This document shows, piece by piece, positions 1 through 8,577 of a DNA stretch of 48,293 nt. Origin of the DNA: an uncultured Bacteroidales bacterium (GTDB lineage: Bacteria > Bacteroidota > Bacteroidia > Bacteroidales > UBA10428); contig CAYMJH010000003.1 in NCBI GenBank assembly GCA_964390385.1, forward strand, positions 1 to 48,293, given 5' to 3'. Both the position numbers and the translations under genes were made by a program. Position 1 is the first letter of the stretch, and every line of letters begins with the position of its first letter. The notes under the pieces were generated by a model. That model ran no database searches. It worked only from the letters and a program-made list of their open reading frames with translations, and had not been told where the DNA came from.

Positions 1-1
1 A

Positions 2-796
2 CGTTTTGCCGATCATATTGGTCTGTTTCCCCTGGTAATGGTTTCACCCTCTGATGCTAACCTTATTCTGGGAGGCAGTGATGAACGGAGAAAATTCATC
101 GATGGGGTTATTTCGCAGTACCATGCGGCTTATCTCGATGATTTGCTCAGGTATAACCGGGTTCTGCTCCAACGGAACAACCTGCTGAAGCAGACCGCCG
201 GTAATCGCCTTGATGCTGACATCCTTGATGTATATGATGGAGAGCTTGACCATTGCGGGACAAACATCCACCACCACCGGAAGGAGTTTGTAAAAAATCT
301 GAAGCCTGTATTTCAGGAGTTTTATTCCCGTATTTCGGGAGGTCATGAGGAAGTGGGGCTTCATTATCAATCGGACCTGAACCGCCAGCCCCTGGAAACC
401 CTCCTCAAAGAGTCGCTCTCCGACGACCGGGCTGCCCAATTTACCACCCGGGGTATCCACAAGGATGACCTCCGGCTGACCCTCAGCGGATATCCCCTGA
501 AAAAAACTGGATCGCAGGGACAACAAAAAACCTACCTCATCTCGTTGAAACTGGCACAATTTGAATTTATCCACCATATGTCGGGGGTGAAACCGATTCT
601 GTTGCTCGATGACATTTTCGATAAACTCGACCGGAACAGGGTGGAAGAAATCGTAAAAATGGTGGCCGGGGACCAGTTCGGACAAATCATGATTACTGAC
701 ACCAACCGCGACCACCTCGATGCCATCCTTCACACCGTAACCCCCGATTACCGGATTTTCCTGGTCGACAACGGTAAAATAGAGCTTATCAGATGA
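2..796 (+). CDS. recF: DNA replication/repair protein RecF, C-terminal part (5' end lies outside the window)
   Basis: The frame is open from nt 2 with no stop. The translation contains GGSDERRKFIDG and the Walker-B-like LLLDDIFDKLD typical of RecF. The TGA stop at 794-796 overlaps the next ATG (ATGA). Confidence 0.93.
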   Translation, partial: RFADHIGLFPLVMVSPSDANLILGGSDERRKFIDGVISQYHAAYLDDLLRYNRVLLQRNNLLKQTAGNRLDADILDVYDGELDHCGTNIHHHRKEFVKNLKPVFQEFYSRISGGHEEVGLHYQSDLNRQPLETLLKESLSDDRAAQFTTRGIHKDDLRLTLSGYPLKKTGSQGQQKTYLISLKLAQFEFIHHMSGVKPILLLDDIFDKLDRNRVEEIVKMVAGDQFGQIMITDTNRDHLDAILHTVTPDYRIFLVDNGKIELIR

Positions 797-1083
797 GAAG
801 AAGCGTAACCAGGAGCATCGGAGAAGTGCTGGGGGATTTCGTTCGCCAGAATGACTTTGAACTGAAACTGAAAGAGGTGGAAGTGGTGGAGCATTGGCAT
901 GAAATGATGGGCGCCGCCATGGGCAGATATACCCGGAAGATATCCATCTCCAAGGGTATTCTGCATGTAGAGATCAGCTCACCTGTGGTAAAGGCGGAAC
1001 TTATCATGAACCGGGAAGAACTTCGCCGGCGGCTCAATGAGCGGGCAGGAATGGAACTGGTCAGGCAAATCGTTTTCCGGTAA
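793..1083 (+). CDS. DUF721-family small protein (conserved recF-downstream gene)
   Basis: A 96-aa ORF overlaps the recF stop by 4 nt (ATGA). Its size, position and sequence (ISKGILHVEISSPVVKAELIMNREEL) fit the DUF721 family that follows recF in many bacteria. Confidence 0.8.
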   Translation: MRRSVTRSIGEVLGDFVRQNDFELKLKEVEVVEHWHEMMGAAMGRYTRKISISKGILHVEISSPVVKAELIMNREELRRRLNERAGMELVRQIVFR

Positions 1084-1112
1084 GGAACCTTAACCATTTT
1101 TATTGCTTTTTT

Positions 1113-1158
1113 CGGAAACGTTTTCATTGGTTGTAAACGTTTCCGAAAACGTTTCCGG
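1113..1158. promoter_or_regulatory. Array of three AAACGTTT-centred palindromic sites (candidate LacI/PurR-type operators)
   Basis: The sites are cGGAAACGTTTTC (1113-1125), TGTAAACGTTTCCG (1132-1145) and CGAAAACGTTTCCGG (1144-1158). Core centres lie at 1119.5, 1138.5 and 1150.5. The array sits ~90-120 nt upstream of the ATG at 1240. A near-identical module occurs at 47759-47791. Confidence 0.55.
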
Positions 1159-1239
1159 AAATTATTAAGCCCTTTAATGCTTTGCAGACTGATTCATAGT
1201 TGTAAATTTAATGCGGGTAACTCATCTTTAAAACAAAAA

Positions 1240-3003
1240 ATGAAAAAACTGACTCTTTTTTTGATCATTGCGCTATGTGGGTGTAAATCTGCATCATTTC
1301 ATCAGCTATTGGTTGAAGCGGAAAGTTTTACGGAAAAAGGGGGTTGGGTAACCGATGCTCAGTTTGTTGAACAGATGGGATCCCCATATCTGTTGGCGCA
1401 TGGTTTGGGTAAACCGGTGGAAAATGCAATGACTACCGTTGAGTTTCCTTCTGCCGGAAGTTATCATGTATGGGTTCGTACGATGAACTGGGTGCCCGGA
1501 AACTGGAAGGCGCCGGGCCGTTTTAAACTGGATGTCAACGGAAGCGTGTTGGAGAGTGAACAAGGTACGCTTGACGGATGGAACTGGCAGTATGCCGGCC
1601 AGGCCGAAATCAATACCCTGAACACAAATCTCGCATTGCGTGATCTGACAGGTTTTGATGGCCGCTGCGATGCATTATATTTTACCACAAGGAATATTCC
1701 TCCGCCCTCTGAGGCTAAAAAACTGGCTACCTGGCGAAAGAAAATGGAGAGGGGTTCGCAAAAAATTACATCCACTGAAAATTTTGACTTTGTCATTGTG
1801 GGCGGAGGTATTGCCGGTTGTGCGGCTGCCATGGCCGCCGCCGGACGGGGTATGCATGTGGCCCTTATTCACGACCGCCCCATTCTCGGCGGCAATGCCA
1901 GCAGTGAGATCAGGGTGCACACCGAAGGCATCACGGGTTTCTCTGACTCCATATTGTCGATGCTGAATACACAACACTGGCCGAACGGTTCACCCCTTGC
2001 CATTGACGATGATTTTAAACGTCATTCGAATATTGAGAAAAATCCAAACATTCGTTTGTATCTGGATTACAAGGCCTTCTCTGTTAAAACCAGGGGGAAC
2101 ACGATTGTATCGGTGGATGCACGTCAAACTTCCTCCGGAGAAATTATCCGTATTAAAGCACCCTGGTTTGCTGACTGCACGGGAGACGGCTGGATTGGCT
2201 ACTGGGCGGGAGCTGAAACCATGTATGGCCGCGAAGACTCAACTAAGTTCAATGAAAGCTGGGAAAAACACGGGCAGTTATGGTCACCTGCTAAGGCAGA
2301 CAACCGGGTGATGGGAGCTTCCCTTCTTTGGCGAAGCCGTTCTGCAGATACTCCCGTTCCCTTTCCGGAAGTACCCTGGGCAATGGATGTCGCAAAAGAG
2401 CATGCTGCCGTGAACGGAGAATGGCAGTGGGAATATTCTGACGACAATCTTCATCAGATAGATGATGCGGAAAAGATCAGGGATCATCTCCTCAGAGCTG
2501 TTTACGGATCTTTTTCCAATGCTAAAAAGGAAGCAAAGAACAGCCATCTTGAACTTGAATGGGTAGGTTATCTGACGGGTAAACGCGAATCACGCAGGCT
2601 GGTGGGTGATCACATTTATACTTTCAATGATATAAAATCGGGAGTTAAATTTCCGGATGCAGTGGCTATCGAGAAAAGAGCGGTAGATGTTCATTACCAG
2701 CGTAAGCTTGAAGATCCGGGGTTGGTGGATTTCATTTCAGAGGCACTTTACTATAAAACCGACAGCTATTACATTCCCTACCGATCGCTCTATTCAAAGA
2801 ATATTTCCAATCTCTTCATGGCCGGCCGGTGTTTCAGCGCTTCTCACATTGGACTGGGAGGACCCCGGGTAATGAATACCACGGGGCAAATGGGAGTAGC
2901 TGTTGGATATGCAGCCTCACTCTGCCACAAGTACCGGACGAATCCCCGGGGAGTATATAAAACCCATATCACTGAATTGCAAACACTGATAGGCGTAAAA
3001 TAA
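1240..3003 (+). CDS. FAD-dependent oxidoreductase, probable lipoprotein with an N-terminal CBM-like domain
   Basis: The ORF is 1177..3003; the likely start is the ATG at 1240, giving the signal MKKLTLFLIIALCGC. A Rossmann dinucleotide motif FVIVGGGIAGCAAAMAAA follows a ~170-aa beta-sandwich-like N-terminal region. The overall pattern matches the FAD_oxidored type (PF12831-like) proteins seen in PULs. Confidence 0.78.
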   Translation: MKKLTLFLIIALCGCKSASFHQLLVEAESFTEKGGWVTDAQFVEQMGSPYLLAHGLGKPVENAMTTVEFPSAGSYHVWVRTMNWVPGNWKAPGRFKLDVNGSVLESEQGTLDGWNWQYAGQAEINTLNTNLALRDLTGFDGRCDALYFTTRNIPPPSEAKKLATWRKKMERGSQKITSTENFDFVIVGGGIAGCAAAMAAAGRGMHVALIHDRPILGGNASSEIRVHTEGITGFSDSILSMLNTQHWPNGSPLAIDDDFKRHSNIEKNPNIRLYLDYKAFSVKTRGNTIVSVDARQTSSGEIIRIKAPWFADCTGDGWIGYWAGAETMYGREDSTKFNESWEKHGQLWSPAKADNRVMGASLLWRSRSADTPVPFPEVPWAMDVAKEHAAVNGEWQWEYSDDNLHQIDDAEKIRDHLLRAVYGSFSNAKKEAKNSHLELEWVGYLTGKRESRRLVGDHIYTFNDIKSGVKFPDAVAIEKRAVDVHYQRKLEDPGLVDFISEALYYKTDSYYIPYRSLYSKNISNLFMAGRCFSASHIGLGGPRVMNTTGQMGVAVGYAASLCHKYRTNPRGVYKTHITELQTLIGVK

Positions 3004-3113
3004 GGCAAATGAATCCACGCAATTGACGAAGATGGTGATGCCGACATCGAAACCATGCTGATAAAGCTTGCAATGCGTAAGCATGGCTAAAATACGAATA
3101 AAAAGATCTTCAC

Positions 3114-4147
3114 ATGATACGAATGATTCAGACAGCCGCTCTGTTGATTCTGATCCAGGTTTGTTTTTTCGTTAAGCGTGACAACGTTAACCTTTCCTTT
3201 TATCAGGAAAAGACTTCAACCAAGCGAATGATGTTTGGCGATACCACCCGCCTGAGACGTCCTTTTGCCAAGGATCCCCATGTGATCTGGTTCGGAGGCC
3301 GGTATCTGATGTATTATTCTGTACCAGGATTCACCGATCAGCATGGAAAGGTAACCGGTTGGGGAATTGGTATTGCAGAAAGCGACAATCTGGTGGACTG
3401 GCGCCGGATTGGCGAAGTAAATGCCGATCCCGAAGCAACCTATGAGGAGAAGGGTTTTGCGGCCCCCTGTGCCCTGGTAACAGGGAAGAATGTTAATTTG
3501 TTCTACCAGACCTACGGCAACGGCCGAAATGACGCCATATGCCATGCCACGTCTACCGACGGGATCCATTTTACGCGAAACAAGACGAATCCCATCTTTC
3601 ATCCCGACGGAAAGTGGAACTGCGGTCGCGCCATTGATGCTGAAGTCGTTCATTTAAAGGCCAATATTATCTCTATTATGCTACCCGCGATCCATCCTAT
3701 AAGATCCAGATGCAAGGAGTGGCTGTTGCACCCGGGAATACGGATTTTAACCGTGAAGACTGGATTAACCTGTCAAAAGAAGGACCTATCATGAAACCTG
3801 AGCTTCCCTGGGAGGGGGAATGCATCGAAGGCGCTTCGGTAATCTGTAAATATGGCCGGCTTTTTATGTTTTATGCCGGCGATTACAACAATGCCCCCCA
3901 GCAAATCGGGCTGGCAGAAAGCAATGACGGTGTTCACTGGAAGAGGATTTCCGATCAGCCTTTTCTTCAGAACGGGATGCCGGGTGAATGGAATTCAAGT
4001 GAATCGGGTCACCCCCATATTTTCAGCAACCCCCATGGCGATGACCATCTGTTTTTTCAGGGAAACAACGACAATGGGAAAACCTGGTTCATCTCGAACA
4101 TACCCATTGGTTGGAGGGAAAGGCTTCCGGTAATCAGGAAAAATTAA
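3114..4147 (+). pseudogene. Five-bladed beta-propeller glycoside hydrolase (GH43/GH130-like) split by a single -1 frame change at ~3653
   Basis: ORF 3114..3794 and ORF 3710..4147 are two halves of one protein. Frame A reads ...GRAIDAEVVH up to 3653. Frame B (open from 3644) reads FKGQYYLYYATRDPSYKIQMQGVAVAPG... The observed catttaaagg versus an expected cattttaaagg implies one missing T. Confidence 0.65.
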
Positions 4148-4214
4148 ATGAAAACTGGTCAATTCAGCTCCAAAAGAACTTCACAGAAAAACAATTGCAT
4201 TAATTAATGGAATA

Positions 4215-5258
4215 ATGAGCCTGAATATCTTAGCCGGAATATTACTGATTGCAGCCGGTGCTTTTTCATCTGGGAGTTTCGCGGTGCCCTTTGGAAAAAT
4301 CAGAAAATGGAGCTGGGAAACTTACTGGATGGTTTTCAGTTTGGGGGCTTATATTTTTTTCCCATTGATTGCCTGTTTGATACTTGCACCCGGCTTCATC
4401 CGGATCATCGGCTCTCTGTCAACCGGAAATTTACTGATTGTGTTTTTCCTGGGTGTAATATATGGGATCGGCAATCTCTCCTTCGGATTGGCATTGCGGT
4501 ATCTGGGATTGTCGCTGGGTTACGCTCTTTCGCTCGGATTAATGCTGGCCATCGGTACGCTTATTCCTCCGTTGATGGATGGAAGGCTTCATCTGATGAT
4601 GAAGCAATCCGGGGGAACACTCCTTATTCTGGGAGTATTGATAGCCTGTCTGGGTATTGCCCTTTCCGCCTGGGCAGGAATATTGAAAGACAAACATGTA
4701 TCCACGGCCAAAAAACAGGAGAGCATTGACGAGTTTAACCTGTTGAAAGGTTCGGTGGCTGCTGTACTTGTTGGTATTACCGGCTCAGCCATGTCGCTTG
4801 GCTTTGAAAAAGGTTTGCCCATTTCCGATGAAGCGGCCAGGCAGGGAGTAAATCCGTTGTTTACTATGATGCCCGTTATGCTTGTTTTACTCGCAGGCAC
4901 ATTTGTTACTACGGTCATTTGGTGCCTGTTCCTGGGTTACAGGAACAGGTCGTTGAAAGAGTATAGGTCTTCTTCATCATCTAAAATCCATATCCTTAAT
5001 TATTCATTTGGATTACTGGCCGGAATGCTGTGGTTTATCCAATTCATTCTGTACGGAATGGGGAAAAGCAAGATGGGTCCATTTACTTTCACTTCCTGGG
5101 GAATTCTGATGGCTTTAACCATTGTGTTTGCTACCATCTGGGGACTCATTAGAAAAGAATGGAAAGGAGCCCCGGTAAAAGTGTACGTGCTGATGATTTT
5201 ATCGCTCATCGTTATTATAGCATCCTCTTTCATGATCGGTATCAGCGGCTCCGAATGA
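4215..5258 (+). CDS. rhaT: L-rhamnose/H+ symporter RhaT family
   Basis: A 347-aa polytopic membrane protein. Its N-terminus SFAVPFGKIRKWSWETYWMVF matches the E. coli RhaT FYAPFKKVKKWSWETMW region, and the length matches RhaT (~344 aa). Confidence 0.88.
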   Translation: MSLNILAGILLIAAGAFSSGSFAVPFGKIRKWSWETYWMVFSLGAYIFFPLIACLILAPGFIRIIGSLSTGNLLIVFFLGVIYGIGNLSFGLALRYLGLSLGYALSLGLMLAIGTLIPPLMDGRLHLMMKQSGGTLLILGVLIACLGIALSAWAGILKDKHVSTAKKQESIDEFNLLKGSVAAVLVGITGSAMSLGFEKGLPISDEAARQGVNPLFTMMPVMLVLLAGTFVTTVIWCLFLGYRNRSLKEYRSSSSSKIHILNYSFGLLAGMLWFIQFILYGMGKSKMGPFTFTSWGILMALTIVFATIWGLIRKEWKGAPVKVYVLMILSLIVIIASSFMIGISGSE

Positions 5259-5327
5259 AAGAATTATCATTTCAACAGGCGGAAACTGAACTCTGATCTG
5301 AAAACTTTAAACTTTAAACCAAACCAG

Positions 5328-6581
5328 ATGAACTCCAGAGAAAGAATATTGGCAGCGATCAGTCATCAGCAGCCCGACAGAGTACCTGTGGATCTGTCCG
5401 CCACCCCGAGTTCTGGCATTTCAGCCATAGCATACAGTAATCTGATGAATTATCTGGGCAGGGTAGATTTTCCGGTTCAGATCTATGATGTGGTGCAGCA
5501 ACTGGCGCAACCGGACCAGTCCATTCTGGATCAGTTTGGTGTGGATGTGCTGGATATCGGACGTACATTCAATGACCAGCCATCCGATTGGAGTCCGGTG
5601 ACCATGGCAAACGGTGCCCCTGCCTTCTATCCGGTATGGTATCAACCCGTTAAAATGGAGGATGGTTCCTGGCAGACCTATGATGATGACGTTAAAAGAG
5701 TCCTTTCCAGAATGCCGGTGGGAGCCACTTTCTTCGACCAGACTTACTTCCCCTATGTGGATGGGTACCCCGAAAATTACGATAACCTGGATGAAGAAAT
5801 GGGCCGTATCATGTGGGCCCGGCATGCGCACAGCCCCTGGGATCATGCCGGCGAACCGGATTTCTGGCAGAAACTACGCGAAAAAACGCTTCTCCTCCGC
5901 CAAACTACCGATAAAGCCCTGCTGGTGGTTTGTGGCTGCAACCTCTTTGAATGGGGCACCTTTCTGAGAAGAATGGACAATTTCCTGATGGATTTGTTGT
6001 GCGATCCCTATAATGTGGAGAAACTCCTTGATCATTTGATGATCCGTCACCTGGCGACCCTCGAAAAAGTATGTCATGCTGTGGGAGACATTGTCGATAT
6101 TATTCGCTTCGGGGATGACCTGGGGATGACAACCGGACCATTTATGGATGCTGAAACTTACCGGACGCTCTTCAAACCACGCCATAAAATACTGTGCGAC
6201 TACGTGAAAGCTCACAGTACCATGCACACCTTTATTCATTCCTGTGGCTCTATTTCCTTACTGATGCCCGACATGATCGAAGCAGGTATCGAAATTTTCA
6301 ACCCTGTCCAGACCAACGCCTGGAAGATGGACCCACGTTTCCTGAAAAAGGAGTTTGGAAAGAATTGTACTTTCTGGGGAGGAGGTATTGAGAATGTCGG
6401 AATGCTGAACGAAGGAACTCCTGAAAAGATCAGGGACCAGGTACTTGAAAGAATGGAAATTTTCTCGGAAGGCGGGGGATTTGTTTTTAACACCGTTCAT
6501 AACATTCTGCCTGATGTGCCGCCTCAAAATGTGGTGGCTATGTTTAAAGCTGTAAAAGAATTCAATAACAAAGTAAAATAA
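5328..6581 (+). CDS. Uroporphyrinogen-decarboxylase (URO-D) fold family protein, cytoplasmic, function unknown
   Basis: A 417-aa ORF with no signal peptide. The N-terminus MNSRERILAAISHQQPDRVPVDL and the C-terminal GGGFVFNTVHNILPDVPPQNV pattern are typical of URO-D/MtaA-like proteins. Confidence 0.75.
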   Translation: MNSRERILAAISHQQPDRVPVDLSATPSSGISAIAYSNLMNYLGRVDFPVQIYDVVQQLAQPDQSILDQFGVDVLDIGRTFNDQPSDWSPVTMANGAPAFYPVWYQPVKMEDGSWQTYDDDVKRVLSRMPVGATFFDQTYFPYVDGYPENYDNLDEEMGRIMWARHAHSPWDHAGEPDFWQKLREKTLLLRQTTDKALLVVCGCNLFEWGTFLRRMDNFLMDLLCDPYNVEKLLDHLMIRHLATLEKVCHAVGDIVDIIRFGDDLGMTTGPFMDAETYRTLFKPRHKILCDYVKAHSTMHTFIHSCGSISLLMPDMIEAGIEIFNPVQTNAWKMDPRFLKKEFGKNCTFWGGGIENVGMLNEGTPEKIRDQVLERMEIFSEGGGFVFNTVHNILPDVPPQNVVAMFKAVKEFNNKVK

Positions 6582-6588
6582 TCGTGAT

Positions 6589-7899
6589 ATGAAATCAAAT
6601 CATTTCTCAATCCTGCGATTTATTCTGATAATGAACGCAATAATCCTGTTTTCGTGCTCTTCTGTCAAACAATCTCAGGAGACGGTTTTCCCTGAAGACC
6701 ATGCAGCAAAACTTGAATGGTGGAAGGACGCCCGCTTCGGAATGTTCATTCACTGGGGGCCGGTATCCTTAAAAGGTACCGAGATCGGGTGGTCGCGTGG
6801 AAATCAGATTCCGGTTTCATCGTATGATAGTTTGTATCTGCAGTTCAATCCGGTTCAGTTCAATGCCGAAGAATGGGTTTCTGTTGCCAAAGCGGCAGGG
6901 ATGAAATACATCGTTTTCACATCCAAACACCACGACGGATTTTGCAATTGGGAAACGAAATATACGGATTATAACATCATGAATTCCCCGTTTAAAAGGG
7001 ATATCATGGCGGAGCTGGCTGAAGCGTGCAGAAAACAAGGCATGGCTCTGGGTTTCTATCACTCCACCTGCGACTGGCACCATCCTGACTTCCCCCTGAC
7101 AAGTCCGGGCGGTAGTGTTGAAAGGGAAGTCCATAACCTGGACCGTTATACGGAGTACCTGAAAAACCAGTCAGTGGAGATTATTGAGAAATATGGACCC
7201 CTGCTGGTGATGTGGTATGATGTTCCTCAAAGGTTTGATTCCATCCGCGGACAAGGGGTGATCGATCGCATCAGGGAGGTCCAGCCCGGAATCCTGGTCA
7301 ATAACAGGACGGGCGCCAAAGGCGATTTTGATACGCCGGAACAGCGCGTGGGCGGATTTCAGATTAATCGCCCCTGGGAGACCTGCATGACCATCGCCCG
7401 ACAGTGGGCCTGGAAGCCTGACGACGAAGTCAAGTCACTGGAACAATGCCTGCACAGCCTGATCCGGTCGGCAGGGGGCGACGGCAACCTGCTGTTCAAT
7501 GTCGGACCAATGCCTGATGGCAGAATAGAACCCATGCAAGTGGATAGACTCAAAGAAATGGGCAAATGGCTCAACCAATACGGATTTTCAGTATATGGTA
7601 CCCGGGGAGGACCTTTTAAACCTACCGATTGGGGCGTGAGTACCCGGAAAGGGAATACCATTTATTTGCATATTCTGAAGTGGAATGGTGATTCAGTCAA
7701 CATCCAGGTTCCCGATTTCGGAATGCAAATTAAAAAATGCCGTTTGACCAATGGTGGTGAAATCGAGCTTGAAAAGGGGGAACAAGGAACAATCATCCGT
7801 TTTAACGGGGATAAATTACAACCCATCAGTACCATCATTGAAATTGAGGTGGACGGATCAGTCATGGACATTCCCCCAATGGAAATCGGATTGAAATGA
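6589..7899 (+). CDS. alpha-L-fucosidase, GH29 (lipoprotein signal)
   Basis: GH29 hallmarks are present: LEWWKDARFGMFIHWGPVS and KYIVFTSKHHDGFCNWETKYTDYN. The signal ends ...ILFSCSS. The gene starts 7 nt after the upstream gene. Confidence 0.9.
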   Translation: MKSNHFSILRFILIMNAIILFSCSSVKQSQETVFPEDHAAKLEWWKDARFGMFIHWGPVSLKGTEIGWSRGNQIPVSSYDSLYLQFNPVQFNAEEWVSVAKAAGMKYIVFTSKHHDGFCNWETKYTDYNIMNSPFKRDIMAELAEACRKQGMALGFYHSTCDWHHPDFPLTSPGGSVEREVHNLDRYTEYLKNQSVEIIEKYGPLLVMWYDVPQRFDSIRGQGVIDRIREVQPGILVNNRTGAKGDFDTPEQRVGGFQINRPWETCMTIARQWAWKPDDEVKSLEQCLHSLIRSAGGDGNLLFNVGPMPDGRIEPMQVDRLKEMGKWLNQYGFSVYGTRGGPFKPTDWGVSTRKGNTIYLHILKWNGDSVNIQVPDFGMQIKKCRLTNGGEIELEKGEQGTIIRFNGDKLQPISTIIEIEVDGSVMDIPPMEIGLK

Positions 7900-7951
7900 A
7901 TTTTCGGAGGTGCCGGGTATATATGAGATCATTTTACTGTAAACATTATAT

Positions 7952-8275
7952 ATGAAACGTTTTGGACAGATTATCGGGGTTGACCCGCAGCAATTTGAAA
8001 AATATAAAGCTTACCATGCTGCCGTATGGCCGGAGGTGTTGAAGAAGATCACGGAGTGCAATATCTGCAATTATTCCATTTTTCACAAGGATGGGATGCT
8101 TTTTGCCTATATGGAATATACCGGAGTTGATTTTGCCGCAGATATGGCCAAGATGGCTGCCGATCCCAAAACGCAGGAGTGGTGGGACATTATGATGCCC
8201 ATGCAGCGCCCGGTGAAAAATCGTAAAGAAGGTGAATGGTGGGCCGATATGGAAGAAGTCTTTCACCTGGGCTGA
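7952..8275 (+). CDS. rhaM: L-rhamnose mutarotase
   Basis: A 107-aa protein; KRFGQIIGVDPQQFEKYKAYHAAVWPEVLKKITECNICNYSIF...WWADMEEVFHL matches the RhaM/YiiL family in length and sequence. Confidence 0.88.
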   Translation: MKRFGQIIGVDPQQFEKYKAYHAAVWPEVLKKITECNICNYSIFHKDGMLFAYMEYTGVDFAADMAKMAADPKTQEWWDIMMPMQRPVKNRKEGEWWADMEEVFHLG

Positions 8276-8437
8276 CCGGAATTTTTCGGGTTACTAAGCA
8301 CTTGAATCAGATAGGTGGATTCCAGATAAGACATTGATAACCAAAAGTATAAAATTCGAATTTGATCATCCGGGGAATGGCATACCTGCTTCCCTTTTTG
8401 AAATATTTATTGATTAGTAATTTAATAATACATATTG

Positions 8438-8577
8438 AACGCATTTCAACACTGCATGTGGAAATCGAAAGCAGTCAGCCGGTTACTGTGGAAGGCGTTC
8501 TGAAAAACGGAAAGGTAATTTACTTAAAGATCATTCCCGATTCCAGGCGTTCAGATATCGGGATAATGCTAAAATAA
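8438..8577 (+). pseudogene. Possible orphan C-terminal relic of a DUF5703/GH95-like glycosidase
   Basis: The tail of TTG-started ORF 8362..8577 reads LHVEIESSQPVTVEGVLKNGKVIYLKIIPDSRRSDIGIMLK. It aligns without gaps to the last ~38 aa of the 25961..28858 protein (VHFKLRGQNNTSIEGVFENGEILEWKKYPENSKSKIELMN). The upstream part of the ORF is AT-rich and looks non-coding. Confidence 0.25.

Noticed and set aside
44-733. A 229-aa minus-strand ORF antisense to recF. Similar long antisense ORFs occur at 30173..30661, 32780..33307, 36993..37484, 40336..40797 and 45652..46176.
   Set aside because: Each lies entirely inside a well-supported CDS on the other strand and has low-complexity or odd composition with no recognisable motifs. 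These are typical shadow ORFs of GC-balanced coding DNA.
1177-1239. N-terminal extensions of listed ORFs: 1177 for the FAD-oxidoreductase, TTG 23939 for GH97, GTG 39355 for the GH95-like gene, and 44619 for GH116.
   Set aside because: In each case an internal ATG (1240, 24053, 39361, 44547) is followed immediately by a canonical signal or lipoprotein peptide. The extensions encode non-signal-like sequence, and for 23939 the extension would run through the strong susD terminator hairpin.
3053-3086. An inverted repeat CCATGCT...AGCATGG, with alternative inner GCTT/AAGC pairing, between the FAD-oxidoreductase and the beta-propeller glycosidase genes. Considered as a terminator.
   Set aside because: The stem is only 7 bp with a 20-nt loop and no T-tract follows. 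The evidence is too weak to call.
5302-5320. A short tandem repeat, AACTTTA x2.5, upstream of the URO-D-like gene.
   Set aside because: It is only ~19 nt in an AT-rich spacer and is not repeated elsewhere in the window. It is most likely trivial low-complexity sequence.
8362-8437. The 5' part of ORF 8362..8577, considered as part of a genuine 71-aa gene.
   Set aside because: It has a TTG start and a very AT-rich first half (LIIRGMAYLLPFLKYLLISNLIIHIE) resembling translated promoter DNA. Only the last ~45 codons resemble a known protein terminus, so I treat it as a relic rather than a gene.
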